From the human T2T-CHM13v2.0 reference genome, Homo sapiens, in NCBI RefSeq assembly GCF_009914755.1, contig NC_060926.1: DNA of 64,000 nt. One strand, 5' to 3'. Shown piece by piece: positions 62,370 through 64,000 of the stretch. The number at the start of each line of letters is the position of its first letter. Position 1 is the first letter of the stretch. The notes below the pieces were generated by a model that saw only the letters and a program-made list of their open reading frames with translations, did not search any database and was not told where the DNA came from. Position numbers and translations under genes: made by a program.

Positions 62370-63405
62370 GGCAAAGCCTGGGATTATTTGGCATAATCCC
62401 ACCTATTAATGTAAAGAGTAAGTCCTGGGGACACAGAGGTCAGGTATAGAGACTGGGGCTCCTCTGAGGAACTACAAATGTATTTAAAACCTGCCTAGCT
62501 CAGTACCAGGCACAGAGTAGGAATTCTATAAAATCTTCTCCTTTCTTCATAAACCTCTTCTTTGCCTATTCTTCACAACTCTAAAAGCCACACCCTAGAG
62601 AAGAATGCTTTCAATCAAGGCAAATAACAACCCTTATGAGTGAGATGTGGGGTAAAAATGAGTACAAAGGTCTGGCTTCTATGCATTGACCCTGAGCTGG
62701 TCTGAATTAAAGAAGATATTTATTCTCATGACATTCTGAAATCCTGCAAGGATCCCTGGAATAATGTCCATAAATATTGCCTAATGTCAAATAGCAAAAC
62801 CCTCTTTGCTTGTCTAGGCTAGAAATGGCTGCATAAATGTTATCATTGGTACAGCACCATTTTTGTAAACAATGCTGTGCAGGCTCAATGAGTTATAAAG
62901 AGCCTCGTGAGCCTTGCCCCCTCCATATGAACATCCCCTTTCATTCTCCTTCCCTTTTCATGTTTAAGGTTGATCCTAAATTCAAAAACTTGAACCAAAA
63001 TAAAAGTGATCACATTTAAGTATGACTTTTATTGCTTAAGTTTTAAAGACTAAATCCTACTTAAGAATAAATAAGAATTTCAAAGAAAATCCAAATTATC
63101 ATCAACTATTCCTACTAAATAATCCCATAGATTTTTGTGAAAACCTGAATATCTCAGAGACATGTGTGATATATAGAATATCTCACGTAGGTCAATGGAA
63201 GACACGGGAAGGGAAAAAAGAAAAATGTACATCTTCAAGTGCTGGTAGTGCAATACTAGGGAAATATACTGTATTTTTCAGCCAATGGGATCAGCCCATG
63301 CACTGGCATCTGATATTTCCTCCAAATAAATTGGTCAGGAAGAGAAGCTTAATTTATATTAGCAAGTATGACACCTGAACAACCTCAAAAAAAAATGTTA
63401 GGAGT

Positions 63406-63708
63406 GGCCAGGCATGGTGGCTCACGCCCGTAATCCCAACACTTTGGGAGGCTGAGGTGGGCAAATCACTTGAGATCAGGAGTTCGAGACCAGCCTGGCC
63501 ACCTGGCCAGGTGAAACCCTGTCTCTACAAAAAACACAAAAATAAGCCAGGTGTGGTGGCGGACACCTGTAGTCACAGCTACTCAGGAGGCTGAGACAGG
63601 AGAATTGCTTGAATCCGGTAGACGGAGGTTACAGTGAACCAAGATCGTGCCACTGCACTCCAGCCTGGGCAACAGAGTGAGACTCTTTCTCAAAGAAAAA
63701 AAAAAAAA
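63406..63708 (+). mobile_element. AluS (Sz-like), full length, TSD aaaatgtta(g/t)gag
   Basis: ggccaggcatggtggctcacgcccgtaatccc...atcacttgagatcaggagttcgagaccagcctggcc...A tail; flanks aaaatgttaggag and aaaatgttatgag. Confidence 0.95.
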
Positions 63709-64000
63709 TGTTATGAGCTAGCCTGGACTCTTAACACTCAAGACAACTTCCCAGAAAGCTCATTCCCAACCATTTTAGAAAGAGTAGCTAAGAAACGAGT
63801 CGTCCATGATACTGACAATACCCCATAAGAAATTTTTGGCATTCTGATACCTAATAAATGTTTAGAAACAAGAAGCTTCACTTTTTCCTAATTCACTGGC
63901 AACTTTCATCTGCACAAGCATTTATCTGAGTGTCTTGTTTTGTTTTGTTTCATGTATTCTTTATATGGACAGCATTGAAATAGGCCCCAAAGTGTATGTG

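Overview
This is non-coding primate genomic DNA, almost certainly human: it carries a pristine AluYa5-type fragment, is roughly 40% GC by eye and is CpG-depleted. I find no credible protein-coding exon, RNA gene, CRISPR array or prokaryote-like system. The supplied ORFs are chance or repeat-derived. The window is a mosaic of old interspersed repeats (many MIR and L2, CR1/L3 fossils, MLT1/THE1/ERVL solo LTRs, MER58A, MER6B, two old L1M pieces) with only about six Alu-family elements. These are separated by multi-kb blocks with no repeat I recognise, which contain CpG-retaining, homeobox- and E-box-rich patches. That pattern suggests a regulatory gene desert or large intron; I cannot name the locus. 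The most notable structures are: (1) a ~260-bp local templated duplication of an L1 fragment inserted into an MLT1 LTR ~1 kb away, next to a palindrome-rich AT tract; (2) a 5'-truncated AluYa5 with a perfect TSD that reuses the target site of an older L1; (3) an unidentified element at 671-991 made of three ~88-bp tandem units plus an inverted fourth; (4) a 20-bp-stem hairpin at 39.2 kb between two oppositely oriented CR1 RT fossils; (5) candidate enhancers at 17.7-19.5 kb and 40.5 kb, and a perfect DR4. All repeat subfamily calls and old-repeat boundaries are by eye from remembered consensus sequences and are approximate. I do not see evidence for a genuinely new biological system.
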